Of a stretch of DNA of 64,000 bases, positions 1 through 13,559 are shown one piece after another (the stretch's first letter is position 1; each line of letters opens with the position of its first letter). Position numbers and translations under genes: made by a program. This DNA is from Octopus sinensis (lineage: Eukaryota), in the NCBI RefSeq assembly GCF_006345805.1, contig NC_043013.1:39928001-39992000 (forward strand), in the 5' to 3' direction. The notes below the pieces were generated by a model. That model was not told the DNA's origin, ran no database searches, and saw only the letters and a list, made by a program, of their open reading frames with translations.

Positions 1-479
1 TCATACACATATGCCTATATACACCCGTACATATATATACATATATACATAGAAATGTATGTATGTATATATACATATATATATGTATGTACAAATACGT
101 ATATATATATATATATGTATAAATACACACACACAGACACACACATATATATATATATCGTGGCTGCTATGCGCAACCACAGTATGAATAAATCTATGAA
201 ACTATTGTTTAGAGTTGCATTAAATATTGGTTTTCGTTAAGTGCAGTTACGTAAACTCTATGTAATATCTTACTCTGATGCATGAACTGTTCAATATACA
301 TGCATTATATACATATGCAACATGTGCATCTTTTATGTGCTTCTGCATACATGTATAGCTACATGAAACATTATATGCAAGTGCATTATATATCGGTTTT
401 TTGTTATGGGCATCTATAAAAAATATGCTATTATGACTGTGGTTTATCTACAGTTATATCGGTTATACGCTATCTTTTT

Positions 480-700
480 CTTGTTTCGGCCATCGAATAG
501 CGGCCCTGCTCGGGTACCATTATGTAGGATTTATTTGGACAAGTCGACCTCAATACTATCTTTGAAAGTCTGGTATTTGTTCTATGGCTCTATTTTTACC
601 AAAACGTTAGGGTACGGGGACCGAAAGAAACCACACACCGGCTATCAAGCGGTGTTGCCTCACAGACACAAATACAAAGGCACACACACACGCACACACA
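480..700 (-). mobile_element. Degenerate 3' half of SINE family A (tRNA-derived, CORE-like)
   Basis: Diverged reverse-complement match to the tail of the intact copy at 42856-43321, ending in (CA)n. Confidence 0.6.
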
Positions 701-704
701 CACA

Positions 705-783
<79 letters not shown>

Positions 784-789
784 CCACCG

Positions 790-1095
790 TCTAGGCTTAA
801 AAAAGGCCTCAATGTTGGTTTCCTTGTCCTGTTTTTATTCTTTATGTGTACTGTATTTTTACCCCTCTGCAAAAGAATTTTATTTAATTCATTTTGCAGG
901 AAGGATTGCTTCGGCCGGATCGTGTTCTGCCCTTACCTTCGAAACACGCATTGAGTCGAACCAGGGGCAGCTGATGAAGGGGAATATTCCTTGTACTGCT
1001 TGTCTTGTACTCTGTTTTTTCGTTTTTAAAAAAAATCCGTTTCCTTGTTAGTTTTTATGTTTCGTTTCTCGTTGTGTCCTACGTTTATTGTGGTG
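790..1095 (+). mobile_element. Penelope-like terminal-repeat fragment (family P1)
   Basis: Homologous to 61760-62160 (cttcgaaac...ctgatgaagggga...tgtcctgtac) and to the reverse complement of 51165-51325; abuts (TA)n. Penelope assignment is inference from the motifs. Confidence 0.45.
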
Positions 1096-1184
1096 TCCTG
1101 TACTCACATATGCATGTATATATACATATAGGTGTAGGTATGTACATATATGTATGTATGCATATGTTTTATTTGTTAAATTGT

Positions 1185-1215
<31 letters not shown>

Positions 1216-1243
1216 CTGATACATATATATATACATAATATAT

Positions 1244-1309
<66 letters not shown>

Positions 1310-1311
<2 letters not shown>

Positions 1312-1500
1312 GGTGGTTGTCTACTCCTTATGCAGAGTTTGACCACCTCCTGTACCTGCACCCTGGCACCATCATGGCATCTGATGTTGCTTTTTAAACC
1401 AGACAATGTTCTGAGAAGACACTCACATAGATTGCACATCCGATTTGGAGCGCCAAGAGCGGCAAATAAGTTCTGCTCTTTGTGGGTCTTAAAATGCATA
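1310..1500 (-). mobile_element. Probable 3' terminal fragment of a non-LTR retrotransposon (RTE-like)
   Basis: Minus frame reads ...NRMCNLCECLLRTLSGLKSNIRCHDG...RQPP, a CxxC...H motif resembling RTE C-termini; embedded in (TA)n/(CA)n. Confidence 0.35.
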
Positions 1501-1520
1501 TACACACACACACACACGCA

Positions 1521-1571
<51 letters not shown>

Positions 1572-1822
1572 CATATGCTTATATATACACACACATACAC
1601 AACACATACACGCACACATATATATACACGTATATAAAGAGTTATTAATAAGCGATTATCTACGGAACTATGTACACGCCTAGAATGAATATCAGAAACA
1701 GCTGTAAGTCTAAGATGCACAAATAAAGCAATAAAGAAATATGTAAAGCCCATTCTTTATACCTATATGTATGTGTGTGTGAGTGTGTGTGTGTGAGTGA
1801 GAGTGTTGTGTGTGTGTGTGTT

Positions 1823-1853
<31 letters not shown>

Positions 1854-1969
1854 CAGATGACGGAATGATCGCGGAGCAACGCAAAATGAAGTGCTTTGCT
1901 CAAGACTACATACATACATACATACATACATTCATGCATACATACATACATACTTACATATGCTAGGAC

Positions 1970-2089
1970 ATAATGACGATGATAATGACGATGACGATGA
2001 CGATGATGATGGATGTTGATGACGATGATGGTTGATGTTGATGATGGATGATGATGATGATGATGACGATGACGATGACGATGATGATG

Positions 2090-2121
<32 letters not shown>

Positions 2122-2225
2122 GATGATGGATGATGATGATGATGATGATGATGCCGATGACGATGATGATGGATGATGATCACGATGACGATGATGATGA
2201 TGACGACACCGACGATTATATCATC
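1970..2225. repeat. (GAT/GAC)n trinucleotide microsatellite
   Basis: Directly visible; produces the spurious poly-D/poly-S/poly-M ORFs. Confidence 0.95.
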
Positions 2226-2229
2226 ATCG

Positions 2230-2350
2230 GAAAAATACCAAGGTTCGATATTCTCCCGGGACATCTGATGAAGGCTGGAGAGTACATCAACAAACAAGAT
2301 GATGACAAATATCCGTCGAATGTAAATAATGTAAATAATATATATTGTAA
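2230..2350 (+). mobile_element. Penelope-like terminal fragment with truncated hammerhead core
   Basis: ctgatgaaggctggagag... is present but the closing stem II/GAAA half is missing; ends aaatgtaaataatgtaaataat. Confidence 0.35.
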
Positions 2351-3490
2351 ATAATATATATTGTGTTGTGAAATATTGTTTACATGAAATGTAATGCGTT
2401 GTTGATACGTACCTAATTAAGTTTATCTGGAATTGTCTATAGATTTGCACATACATGTATATGCGCCCATGTATACCTGCACATCTTTGTATGCTTTTAC
2501 ACAGATATATACATACATATAATTATATGTATACATATGTAAATACATACGTATATTCACAAATACATGTGTGTATGTATGTGTGCATATCCATTTATGT
2601 ATAGTTGTATATGTGTGTTCTTACTGTTGATATTCTGATATACATTTTGTGTATGCGTGTGTAAATTAAATTAATGTATATATATATATATATATATATA
2701 GATATGTATGCATATACATACACATACACACACACACACATACTCGCACACACACACACACGCATTTACATGTGTGTGAAGGTTTGTCTTTTTACCTATT
2801 ATGGCTACAGCTGATTACGAATTCACTGAAAGTGGGACTAATTATTTCACCTGAATGTTTGTTTGCGTGAGAGAGAGAGATAGATAGAGAGAGAGAGAGA
2901 GGGAGAGAGAGAGAGAGAAACAGACAGATAGACATAAAGAAAAAAAGGAAGAAATACATAGATAGATAAACAGAAAGAAACAAACAGAGAGAGAGACAGA
3001 CAGACAGACAGGCAGACAGACAGACAGACAGGCAGAAGGAGAGAGGGAGAACTTGAAACATTAGCGTTAACACATTTTTACCTGAAAAATTCTCACTTTG
3101 CGATTAATAACATCCACCATTCTACAATCACAGAAGAAGACTATTTGCATTTCAACAAAGCAAACCATAAAAGGAATTATTGAAATAAAAGTAACCACAA
3201 CACGGCAACAGGTGATGTATTAGAAATTTGTTTGTGTGAGTATTTTGTGTTCGGTATTTCAGCAAATGTTAATGTTCTCAAGAATATTCCAGAAATGTTA
3301 GATGGTAACTTAAATCAAACAAATAGCCATGACGTTAAAAAAAAAATCAGAGAAAAGAAAGTAGAGTATCCCCTGTTTTCTTGGTTTTTTTCGTGAGTTA
3401 AATGTCAAAGAGTAGTAGCATTAGATTAATTTCTTTATTATTATAATTATTATTATAATTATTATTATCATTATATATTATTATTGATGC

Positions 3491-3526
<36 letters not shown>

Positions 3527-3540
3527 CATTATTATTATTA

Positions 3541-3640
3541 NNNNNNNNNNNNNNNNNNNNNNNNNNNNNNNNNNNNNNNNNNNNNNNNNNNNNNNNNNNN
3601 NNNNNNNNNNNNNNNNNNNNNNNNNNNNNNNNNNNNNNNN
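3541..3640. other. Assembly gap (100 N) between (ATT)n and (GAT)n arrays
   Basis: Run of N flanked by simple repeats. Confidence 1.
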
Positions 3641-4244
3641 TGATGATGATGATGATGATGATGATGATGGTGATGGTGGTGGTGATGACGACGACGACCA
3701 CGTCAAACACGTCGACCACGACGATGGCAATGATGAATAGGATAACGAAATACTTTACACAGAAGCTGACTTTTATCTCTCTTAAGCATACTTAAGCTCG
3801 GAAACACACAAACACGCCTACTACTCTATCTCTCTATATATATCTTTCCGTATATGATTATTTGTCTCTACGAGTGTAGCGCATAATTTATAAGCATCTA
3901 ATTATTAAAGTGAAAAAAAAAATGGCCAGGAAAGCCATTTCTATTCATTTTCTCTGATATATACATATACACACATACATATATACATATATATATGTAC
4001 ATATATACATACATATACATATAGAATTAAACAATAAGGGTAGAAATTGATATTAATCAATTAAAACCAGTGGCTTAGCATATTTAAAAAATCCGAAGAT
4101 TAAAAATTGTGTTACATACTTAAGCTCGGAAACTCTTAATTTTTTACATATACACACGTGGTCACAAAATGTGACCGCGTGCGTACCGTTGGCGATTTTT
4201 TTCCTCCGACTTCCCTTCCTTGGATCTTTCCTTTTCCAATGTTT

Positions 4245-4272
4245 CTGACGAAGAGCTCCGCTCGAAAGGTTA
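4245..4272 (+). ncRNA. Minimal type I hammerhead ribozyme motif
   Basis: CTGACGA-a-GAGC(tcc)GCTC-GAAA-GGTTA: intact core boxes, 4-bp stem II, near-palindromic stem III; stem I weak. Confidence 0.55.
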
Positions 4273-4389
4273 AATACTCTTTCTTTCCTTTCCTGAGCGT
4301 CCAATAACACTATACTTGTTCCACGTCCACGCGTTGTTGTGTTTTGTCTTTGTTTTTTCATGCTCTGCTTATTTATTTAATCATGTCTA

Positions 4390-4810
4390 CACAATATATA
4401 TTCTCGTTTCAGTCATTTCACTGCGGTCATGCTCGAGCTTCACCTTACAGGGTTTTAGCCGAAGAAATCGACCTCAGGACTTATTCTTTATAAGCCTAGC
4501 ACTTATTGTATCGGTCTCTTTGGCCGAACTGCTAGCTTACGAGGAAATAAGCACACCAGCATCTGTTGTCAGGCAATGGCTGGGGGACAAACAGAATTAC
4601 ACACACACACGTATAACATGTATAAACGTGTATATATATATATATAATATATATATATTATATATATATAATATATATATACGACGCGCTTCTTTCACTT
4701 TCTATCTATGAAATTCACTTACAAGACATAAGGTGCCACATAGTATGACTGAACCTAAACCATGTGGTTGGGAAGCAAGCCTCTTACCACACAACCACGC
4801 CAGCGCCTAT
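4390..4810 (-). mobile_element. SINE family A, near full length
   Basis: Reverse complement of head (gtggttgtgtggtaagaggcttgcttcc...ggttcagtc), core, internal (TA)n and tail shared with 42856-43321. Confidence 0.8.
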
Positions 4811-5465
4811 ATATATATATAAAAGGAAATGAAGAAAATGCTGACAAAATAATTTAAGTAATTTAAGTAATTTAATTAGGTGAAAGTTCTTTTTACCGGT
4901 TGCGCATTTGTTATGCTTATCAAAAGATATTTTTTTAAGAGAGATAGCGTCCCTTTCTGATAGATTTTTTCCTCTTATCTTATATATATATATATATATA
5001 TATATATACGCACACACACACACACACTGTATATATATTTTCTATCTTGTCAATATATAAAGTCTCATTCCATTAAGCAACATTAGTAGGTGTGTGTATG
5101 TGTTACATGTGTATATGTTACATACACAATCGTCATACACGTGTGTTTGTATGTGTGCCCATGTGACGTATGCGTATACTCATGCACAAATATATAAAAT
5201 AAACACATATGTATATATTTACACATGCATGTATTTATACATGCACACGCATACACACACACTCACACACCTATATATATATACATACATTCATGTGCGT
5301 GTTTGAAATAAGAATAAGCAGAAGTTTATATTATTCCTGCGGGTGTTTCACCATTATGACTGTGTGCATGTGTGTATGTGAGTGTGCGTGTATGTGCGTG
5401 TGTGTGCATGTGTGTATGTGAGTGTGTGTATGTGTGTATGTGAGTGTGTGTGTATGTGTGTATAT

Positions 5466-5500
<35 letters not shown>

Positions 5501-5728
5501 AGTGTTTGCGTATGTGTGTATGTGAGTGTGTATGTTTGTGTATATGTGAGTGTGTGTGTATGCGCGTGCGTGTGTAGATAGAGCTAGATAGGTGGAAAGA
5601 TAGCAAGCTAGCTAGATAGATAGATATGTATACATATATTTGTATATATATATATATATATATACACACGGACACACACACATATATAATATACACACAC
5701 ACATATATATATACATAAACATATATAT

Positions 5729-5775
<47 letters not shown>

Positions 5776-5882
5776 CGCATACGTTCATTTATACATATGT
5801 AGTATAAGCGTGTGGTGTGTGTGTGTGTGTGTGTGTGCGGTGGTGTGTGTGTGTGTGTGCGTGTGTGTGTGCGTGTGTGTGT

Positions 5883-5916
<34 letters not shown>

Positions 5917-6589
5917 CGCGCGTATGTGTGCATATGTATACGTATAAGGGACATAAAAGAGTCAATCCATTAACCGATACAGAAGGCACATATATAATAT
6001 TTATTTGCTTGTACAACTGTCCTCCTGACTATGTTCGCGTATGCATTAACGGGAATGGGGGGGTATATATATCACATTCCCCCCCCCTTAACTCATTACC
6101 ATCGTTTTCATGTTCACCTTAACCCAGCTTTCTCATATAATGTCCCATCTTAAAAATTCCTTCTATCCAGCCATCTTTTTCCGCTCCCCCATCATAAATA
6201 TCACCACCACCCCTACCACCACACATAACACCGCCGCCACCACGCAGACAGAGCAGAGTTTGTTTTTTTTCTCTTCATCGATAGTAATGGCGTTTTTTTT
6301 TTTTATTCTTTCTGTTTAACCGTCACACTTACATCCTCTCCGACGAAAAGACTCGCTTGAAACATTGAAAAAACATTTCCCTCCTTTTTTCTTTTGCTAT
6401 TCAATGTATACTTTCATTCCATTAGACAAATATTTTATAGGCAATCTTCAACTTAAACTATACGAAATTCTATACATAGACATTAAATCATAAGATGTAA
6501 AAACTATACTTTTTCGCTCTCTCTCTATATATATATAGTTATATTTATATTTATGTATTCAATATTTGCATTTATTTACTATTTTATAT

Positions 6590-6763
6590 TTCCTATTATT
6601 TATTATTACATCATCGCCATCATCGTCATCATCATCATTATCATTATTATCGTCATCCTCTTCATCATGATAATCATCACCACCATCATCATTATCATTG
6701 TCATCATCGTCATATTTGTTATCAAAATTATTAATAGTAGAAAGGATTATTATTATTGTATTA

Positions 6764-6812
<49 letters not shown>

Positions 6813-6885
6813 TATTGTTGTTGTTGTTGTTGTTGTTGTTGCTGCTGCTGCTGCTGCTGCTGTTGTCGTTGTTGTTGTTGTTTGT
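6590..6885. repeat. Compound (ATC)n/(ATT)n/(GTT)n/(GCT)n microsatellite
   Basis: Directly visible. Confidence 0.95.
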
Positions 6886-7413
6886 AATCGGAAGATAAAA
6901 GAAGGCCGTCAATATTTCCTATTGATGTGCAGTTTTTGCCAGACTGTAATATGATGTGTATGTGTGAGTGTGTATCTGTATGTATGCATGTACGGTCTTA
7001 CGTATGTGTGTATGATGTGTGTGTATTTACATGCATGTATGTATGTAAGTACGTGCGTATGAATGTATGTAAGAATGCACGTAGATGTACGTATGCATGT
7101 ATACATATATATGTACATATGTTTGTATGTATGTGTGTATGTCTCGCGGGATTAAATATGCTTGTATTTTCATTTGTATCGGCTTATATCGAATGTTGAA
7201 AGGTAATTTCATTAGTAGATGTGTAATGTAATAAAAAAAGGGAAAATATGTCCGACATAACAGATTATGATTAATGTAATATCGTTCAAATATAAGACCG
7301 ATACGAAAGAACGATCGTGTAAGCGTGATAACACATTAGAGAGACGTATTTATGATGTGAGACGAATATAGGAAGTTGCTACTAAGAGTACTATCCTATG
7401 TGTATATATATAC

Positions 7414-7460
<47 letters not shown>

Positions 7461-7715
7461 TGTGTGTGTGTTAGTTCGCTTAGTACGAATGTGTTATATG
7501 TGTATACACATAAATGTATGCGTATACACATACGTGTGTATATGCATATATGCGTACCTAGTTAATGGTGGTTAAATCTTAATGAGAAGATGTCTGCTTT
7601 TTCTATAAGAAGCCGGGTCACACTTTATTGATAAGAAATTTGAAAATGATCGTCAAACATACGTATATACGTGCATAAGTACATATATATTTAATACATA
7701 CATATACACACACAG

Positions 7716-7766
<51 letters not shown>

Positions 7767-7990
7767 CATATATATGTATATATACATATATATATATGCC
7801 CCAGCATGGCCTCGCAATCTAATGACTTAAAACAGTAAAAGTTAAGACGTGTGTGCGTGCGTGTGTAAGTTTGTGCAAGTACATGCATGAGTTCTTACAT
7901 AATGCATTGATACATACATACACACATGTATCCACACGCATACACACACACACACACACACCACACACACATATATATATATACATATAT

Positions 7991-8072
<82 letters not shown>

Positions 8073-8299
8073 GTGCCAGAAAACCGAGCTATCGAGCTGT
8101 TTAAATTCTAATGAAAGAGACTGCTTCTAGATTAGAAGCTGGCTTTTACCACATTGGTGTGAAATATAAGACTTAAAACCGGAGCATTCTTACACACATA
8201 CATCACACCTCCTGTAAATCGGATTGGTGGCGGTTGTTTAAATGTAAAATAGAAAATAGGAAAATGTAAGACAAAAGCCAATATTACAGAAGAAAGAGG

Positions 8300-8545
8300 A
8301 AAAGAGATGCTTAAGAAATATGCCAACTGGAAAGTTCCTGCAGTCGATGGTGCTCAATTCAGCAATTTTGGGGGAGGGACTAAGTCGATTAGATCGACTC
8401 CAGTGCTCCACTTGTACATATTTAATCGACCTCAAAAGGTTGAAAGGCGAAGTCGACCTCGGTGGTATTTAAGCTCAGAACGTAAAGACAGACGAAATGC
8501 CGCTAAGCATTCTGCCCGGTATACTCACGATTCTGCCAGCTAGAC
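8300..8545 (-). mobile_element. SINE family B (tRNA-like head ggcggcgagctggcagaatcgttagc)
   Basis: Reverse-complement match to + copies at 19508 and 22328, including gtcgactttgcctttcatcc and the B-box-like gagttcaaattcc. Confidence 0.8.
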
Positions 8546-8649
8546 ACATTATTCAGAGTATCAGTAATAATACCGATGTATACATAGAATTATAATAAGT
8601 TCTTTGGTTGTTCGCTTGTTCTTCTTTTTAATGCTATGGTAATTTTAAA

Positions 8650-9110
8650 AGTGATGATCATATATCTGGAAAATTCAGTTATCCGGCATACCGCCCCAGT
8701 GGTGCCGGATAGGAGAGAACTTACTGTACAACCAGAAAATACATGGCATAGACCTAAACCGGAAGAAAGTTTCCTAGAATGGCAAAGCAACCATACTCTG
8801 GTATGCACGGGAATTTGCAGGTATTTGTAGGTATACACAACCCTGTGTATACCAGTGCATTTCTCACTGATTGTTTAGAAAATGAAATATTAGGAATACT
8901 AGTGTACACCTGGGCTGTTTCTCACTGTTTATATAGAAAATAGTACACCAAGATGGGTGACAAAAGGAAGGATTGTGTTACTACAGAATGATAAAGGAAA
9001 ATAAGAGAAATGAGTGGTTATCAGCCAGCATCATGCTTACTATTATTCCGGAAATGATTAATTGTTTTGGTAGAAGGTAAACTTTATACAGAATTTATTG
9101 CCAGAAAGGC
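8650..9110 (+). mobile_element. Degraded R4/Dong-like (RLE clade) LINE RT fragments
   Basis: Broken frames give VIRHTAPVV..REL...RKY and PRWVTKGRIVLLQNDKGK, resembling motifs flanking R4 RT; many stops and frameshifts. Confidence 0.4.
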
Positions 9111-9190
9111 AAAAGAGTTATATAAAGAAGTCAAGGTATAAAATAAAGTACTAATCAAATACAGGGGAGAATGATATAAATTGCTTCGTC

Positions 9191-9614
9191 CAGGGCTGGA
9201 TTAAGAGCCATAGATGGAGTGAGCACTTAAAAGATTTTGGGTACCCACTCCCCGTATATATGTAACGCAAAATATAAGCAATAACAAACTATAAAATAAA
9301 ATTCTATTTTTCAAAATGGAACAAAACTAACAGTAAAATGGAAGATGTTTATGTTTGTATACTTTCACTTCATATTTGAAAAGCTTTCTATTTTTTTTTT
9401 TAATTGCAAAGACTTCGATCAGATCCTCAATTAATCTCACGTAACACATCTGCTTGGAAACTCAGGAGAGCTAAGGTATCCCGAAAATTATTATAGCAAG
9501 TTTAAAGTGACTTTTGTTTGGTGCCGTAAACTATTTACCATTTCTGTGGTGCCCCCTCCTTCCCTTTAGGCCCTAAACACGTGCTTATCTTGCTTAATGG
9601 TTAATCCAGCGCTG
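9191..9614. mobile_element. MITE (non-autonomous DNA transposon)
   Basis: Terminal inverted repeats cagggctggattaa ... ttaatccagcgctg; a related left end occurs at about 56992. Confidence 0.7.
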
Positions 9615-10084
9615 CTCTTCCCCTCAAAATTGTTGGCCAAGTACCCAAATCAAAAGTTATTATTAAGGACGGCGAGATAGCAGATTCGGCAGAGCATAGG
9701 AAAAAAGATGATGTGCAGCTATCAAAACGGGCTGGGAGTAGATGAGTAGCTTAATATAATTCTGCTTCTGTTGCGTATAAAACCAGTTGCCAATATATGC
9801 AAAACGGGTGATTTGATTATTTCTTTAGTGTTTGCCTACATGTCCAGTGACGACAAATTTCGACTAAGCATGAAATTGGCTGTGAGTACATGCTATTGAT
9901 TACGTCCATCAAAGCAGAAATGCATTTGGAGTTCTCACTAACCACTGCTGGAACGATTTTCATCTCCCTCCGTTATATTCTGTGCTTTCAAACGCAACAC
10001 CTCCATAGGAGATTTTACCTCCGAGTGAATACGGCAGTAGATTTTGCCTTTACACGATGTATTTACATAATTATGATACATAAC

Positions 10085-10145
<61 letters not shown>

Positions 10146-10899
10146 TAAACCTCGCCAAGAAAAATATTTAAACCACCGGATGAATGACTGCGACTCAAAA
10201 ATTGAAGACAGCAGGCATGAAACGATCGTCGTAGTGTGATATTAATTATATCATTTAATAATTTTGTACATATTCAAATAATATATTTTATCATATGTAT
10301 TGGCTTAAGTTTTTCATTGTTTGATTTACCTAATAGTGGTTTTGTCTCTAATTTAATATAATATAATATTTTACTATAAAATTGGATTCAATCTAAATCT
10401 GATTTTTCCCTGTAAGTTGGATTTATTCCTAATATTTATTATTTATTATATATATATATTATATATATATATAATATATATAGATATAATATATATATAA
10501 TATATATATATATAATATTAGGGAATATGATTCCAAAACTTACACGGAAAAATTCAATTTGTAATACTAAATCAATTTCACAATATATAATATATGTATA
10601 TAAATTAAAGAAGAACCACCCTGTAGCAATTCAACATTTAAAAATTTGATTTTATTGTTATCAGTTTGAAAATATAGTCACGAAACGTGTAGTCTTTTTA
10701 CTAATTATATACTGTTTATTTATTATTTTGTACTTAACTTAATTATAGGTATATGTTTTATCCTATATATATATATATATATATAAGTGGTTATCCTTAT
10801 ATGTATACAAACACACACACATATATATGATGGATTCTCTTGTGAACAACAAATGAGGGGTCAGTAAAATAAATTGTTAAATAAATTATGTACTATGGA

Positions 10900-11012
10900 C
10901 ACGGATGTCTCTCTTGGGGATGCCGGAGCATCGTGGGGCTTTTAGGTGTTTTCGCTCAATAAACGCTCACAACGCCCGGTTCGCTGCCCTAACCACTGGG
11001 CCATTGCGCCTC
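10900..11012 (-). mobile_element. tRNA-derived SINE 5' fragment (family E) with internal deletion
   Basis: Reverse complement begins ggaggcgcaatggcccagtggttagggcagcg (A-box-like); B-box region is deleted. Confidence 0.6.
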
Positions 11013-11025
11013 CATACACACAACA

Positions 11026-11057
<32 letters not shown>

Positions 11058-11232
11058 TATTATATATATATATATATATATATAAAACACACACACGCAC
11101 GCAGCAAACACACACGCACACATAAGATAAAGATCCTTGGCGAGTCATATCGAATGAGGAGCGGTTTCGCAGTCACACCTTCACACCCTAACAACTAAGT
11201 TACACGCCCCCAGATATATATAATACTATCTA

Positions 11233-11263
<31 letters not shown>

Positions 11264-11662
11264 ATAAATGTATGTATGTATGTATGTATGTATGTATGTA
11301 TGTATGTATATGTATGTATATATATAAACATATAGACATTTATATGCGTATGTAAGTATGTAAGTGTATGCGAATATATGTGTATTTATGTGTCAGAGAA
11401 ATGTCTTGATACAGTCAAAATATTTGAAAAGAAATTCTGTAAAGATTAAAAGTTTCAAAAATAAATCTTGTGGAGAAAACAAAAACAGACGTGATGGCAG
11501 ACATACTCTGTTCCATCTTTATTAAATGTCTTTTTTTCTCTCTTCTTTTTAAGGATTTTTTACATGTGCAAAAATGTTCATACGTAAAGGAATTTTTCTT
11601 AATAAAAGTTGACAATGACTTCGAAGTTTTGCCGAAGTACTAACAACGACTTACCACCTCTA

Positions 11663-11791
<129 letters not shown>

Positions 11792-11829
11792 GGAGCGAGA
11801 AATATGCAAATATTCACAAATAGAGATGC

Positions 11830-11869
<40 letters not shown>

Positions 11870-12169
11870 GTATATAAATGTATAAATATATGAGTGCGTG
11901 TATAATATATTTACATGCGTATACATATGTGTGTGTGTGTGTGTATGCACATAAAGTAAGGAATAAGTTGTGAAATACAGAAGCAGAACTTGACTGTAAG
12001 ATACAGAGATTATTTTCCAGTTGTATAATAGAGTTCGAAGATATTCTCACGAGATGAAATCACAGATACACGTACACACACAAATTCACACACAGAAATA
12101 GACACATGCACAGGCACACACACATACATGCATGTATACATACATGTGTATTATACAATGTTGCAGTGA

Positions 12170-13480
12170 ATAAAAACAGTGGCCCGTGAATATTATACCA
12201 TACCTAGAAAAATATGGCAGTCGGAACTCCCTTCTTGCAACAAGACACTATCCCACAATTCATTTGCAGTACCAGCGCTGTTTCTAACATTTAGGATACT
12301 TGACTGGTCTCTAGAGGAATTCTATTCTATAAACATTAAAACCCGCAACATCCTGACATCAACCGGAAACTTCTTCAGAAATAGTGATATCAATAGGTTC
12401 TACCAAAGGAGAGATACAGGAGGCAGAGACTTGAGATCAGTGCAGACCGCATTCGAGTGTAGTATCTCTCTCAGACAGCACTTGCTAAACAACAACAACA
12501 ACAAAAATAAATACATTAACTTAGTGCTGGAAAGTGAAGAGAACAATGTCCTATGTGTCAGCAGTGAGCTCCTCAGGAAGCAGTCTTTTCTTGGATCTCC
12601 CACACAACGTCAAAACAGACCTCAAGGAGACATTGATGTGAAACGCTCAGCATACCCATAAAAGACTCTTGATGTGTATGTTTCCCGAAGGCTTGAATAA
12701 GACAGTAATATCGACTTGAATAAGACAGTAACATCGACTTGAATAATACAGTAATATCGACTTGAATAAGACAGCAATATCGACTTGAATAAGACAGTAA
12801 TATCGACATGAATATCGACATGAAGCGCAGCCTCTCTTAAGATTTGTGACTGCTACCTCACTTCGGAGGCTATGCATGTGCAATTGAAAAACAAGAAATT
12901 GCTACGAAATACATCAAGAGTCTTTTATGGGTATGCTGAGAATTTCACATCAATGTCTCCTTGAGGTCTGTTTTGACGTTTTGTGGGAGATCCAAGAAAA
13001 GACTGCTTCCTGAGGAGCTCACTGCCGACACATAGGACATTGTTCTCTTCACTTTCCAGCACTAAGTTAATGTATTTATTTTTGTTGTTGTTGTTTAGCA
13101 AGTGCTGTCTGAGAGAGATACTACACTTGAATGCGGTCTGCACTGATCTCAAGTCTCTGCCTCCAGTATCTCTTCTTCAGTAGAACCTATTGATATCACT
13201 ATTTCTGAAGAAGTTTCCGGTTGATGTCAGGATCTTGCGGGTTTTAATGTTTATAGAATAGTGACAGTAAAACCCTTGAGGCTCCAAGATGGAACCGAAA
13301 ATGTGGTTTACGTCATATTTCTGCGGAAGGATTCACACATGAGATTAGCAGCTGACCAAAATATATCATCAAAGTGCTACCTTCCTATGCGAGAGGTCGT
13401 TGTCACTAAAACAATATACAATGTCATTCGAAAGAAAATATTGTCCTGAAATAAATATAGAGACCCACCATTGTTATTGA
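12170..13480 (+). mobile_element. Rearranged R4/Dong-like LINE 3' region (post-RT, CCHC knuckle) with internal inverted duplication
   Basis: Peptides ILDWSLEEFYSINIKTRNILTSTGNFFRNSDINRFYQRRDTGGRDL, HFGGYACAIEKQEIATKY and KCGLRH..FTHEISS*PK..SKCYLPMR match R4-type motifs; 12914-13260 is the inverted copy of 12322-12673. Confidence 0.7.
12692..12820 (+). repeat. 23-bp minisatellite (ttgaataagacagtaatatcgac) x about 5
   Basis: Five near-identical units inside the R4-like element. Confidence 0.9.
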
Positions 13481-13559
13481 ACACAAACATCAGCGCAAGA
13501 AAAATTGGTCGAATATTCCCATCAAAACATTTGTGAAGTGTAAACATAACAGGCCCGAT

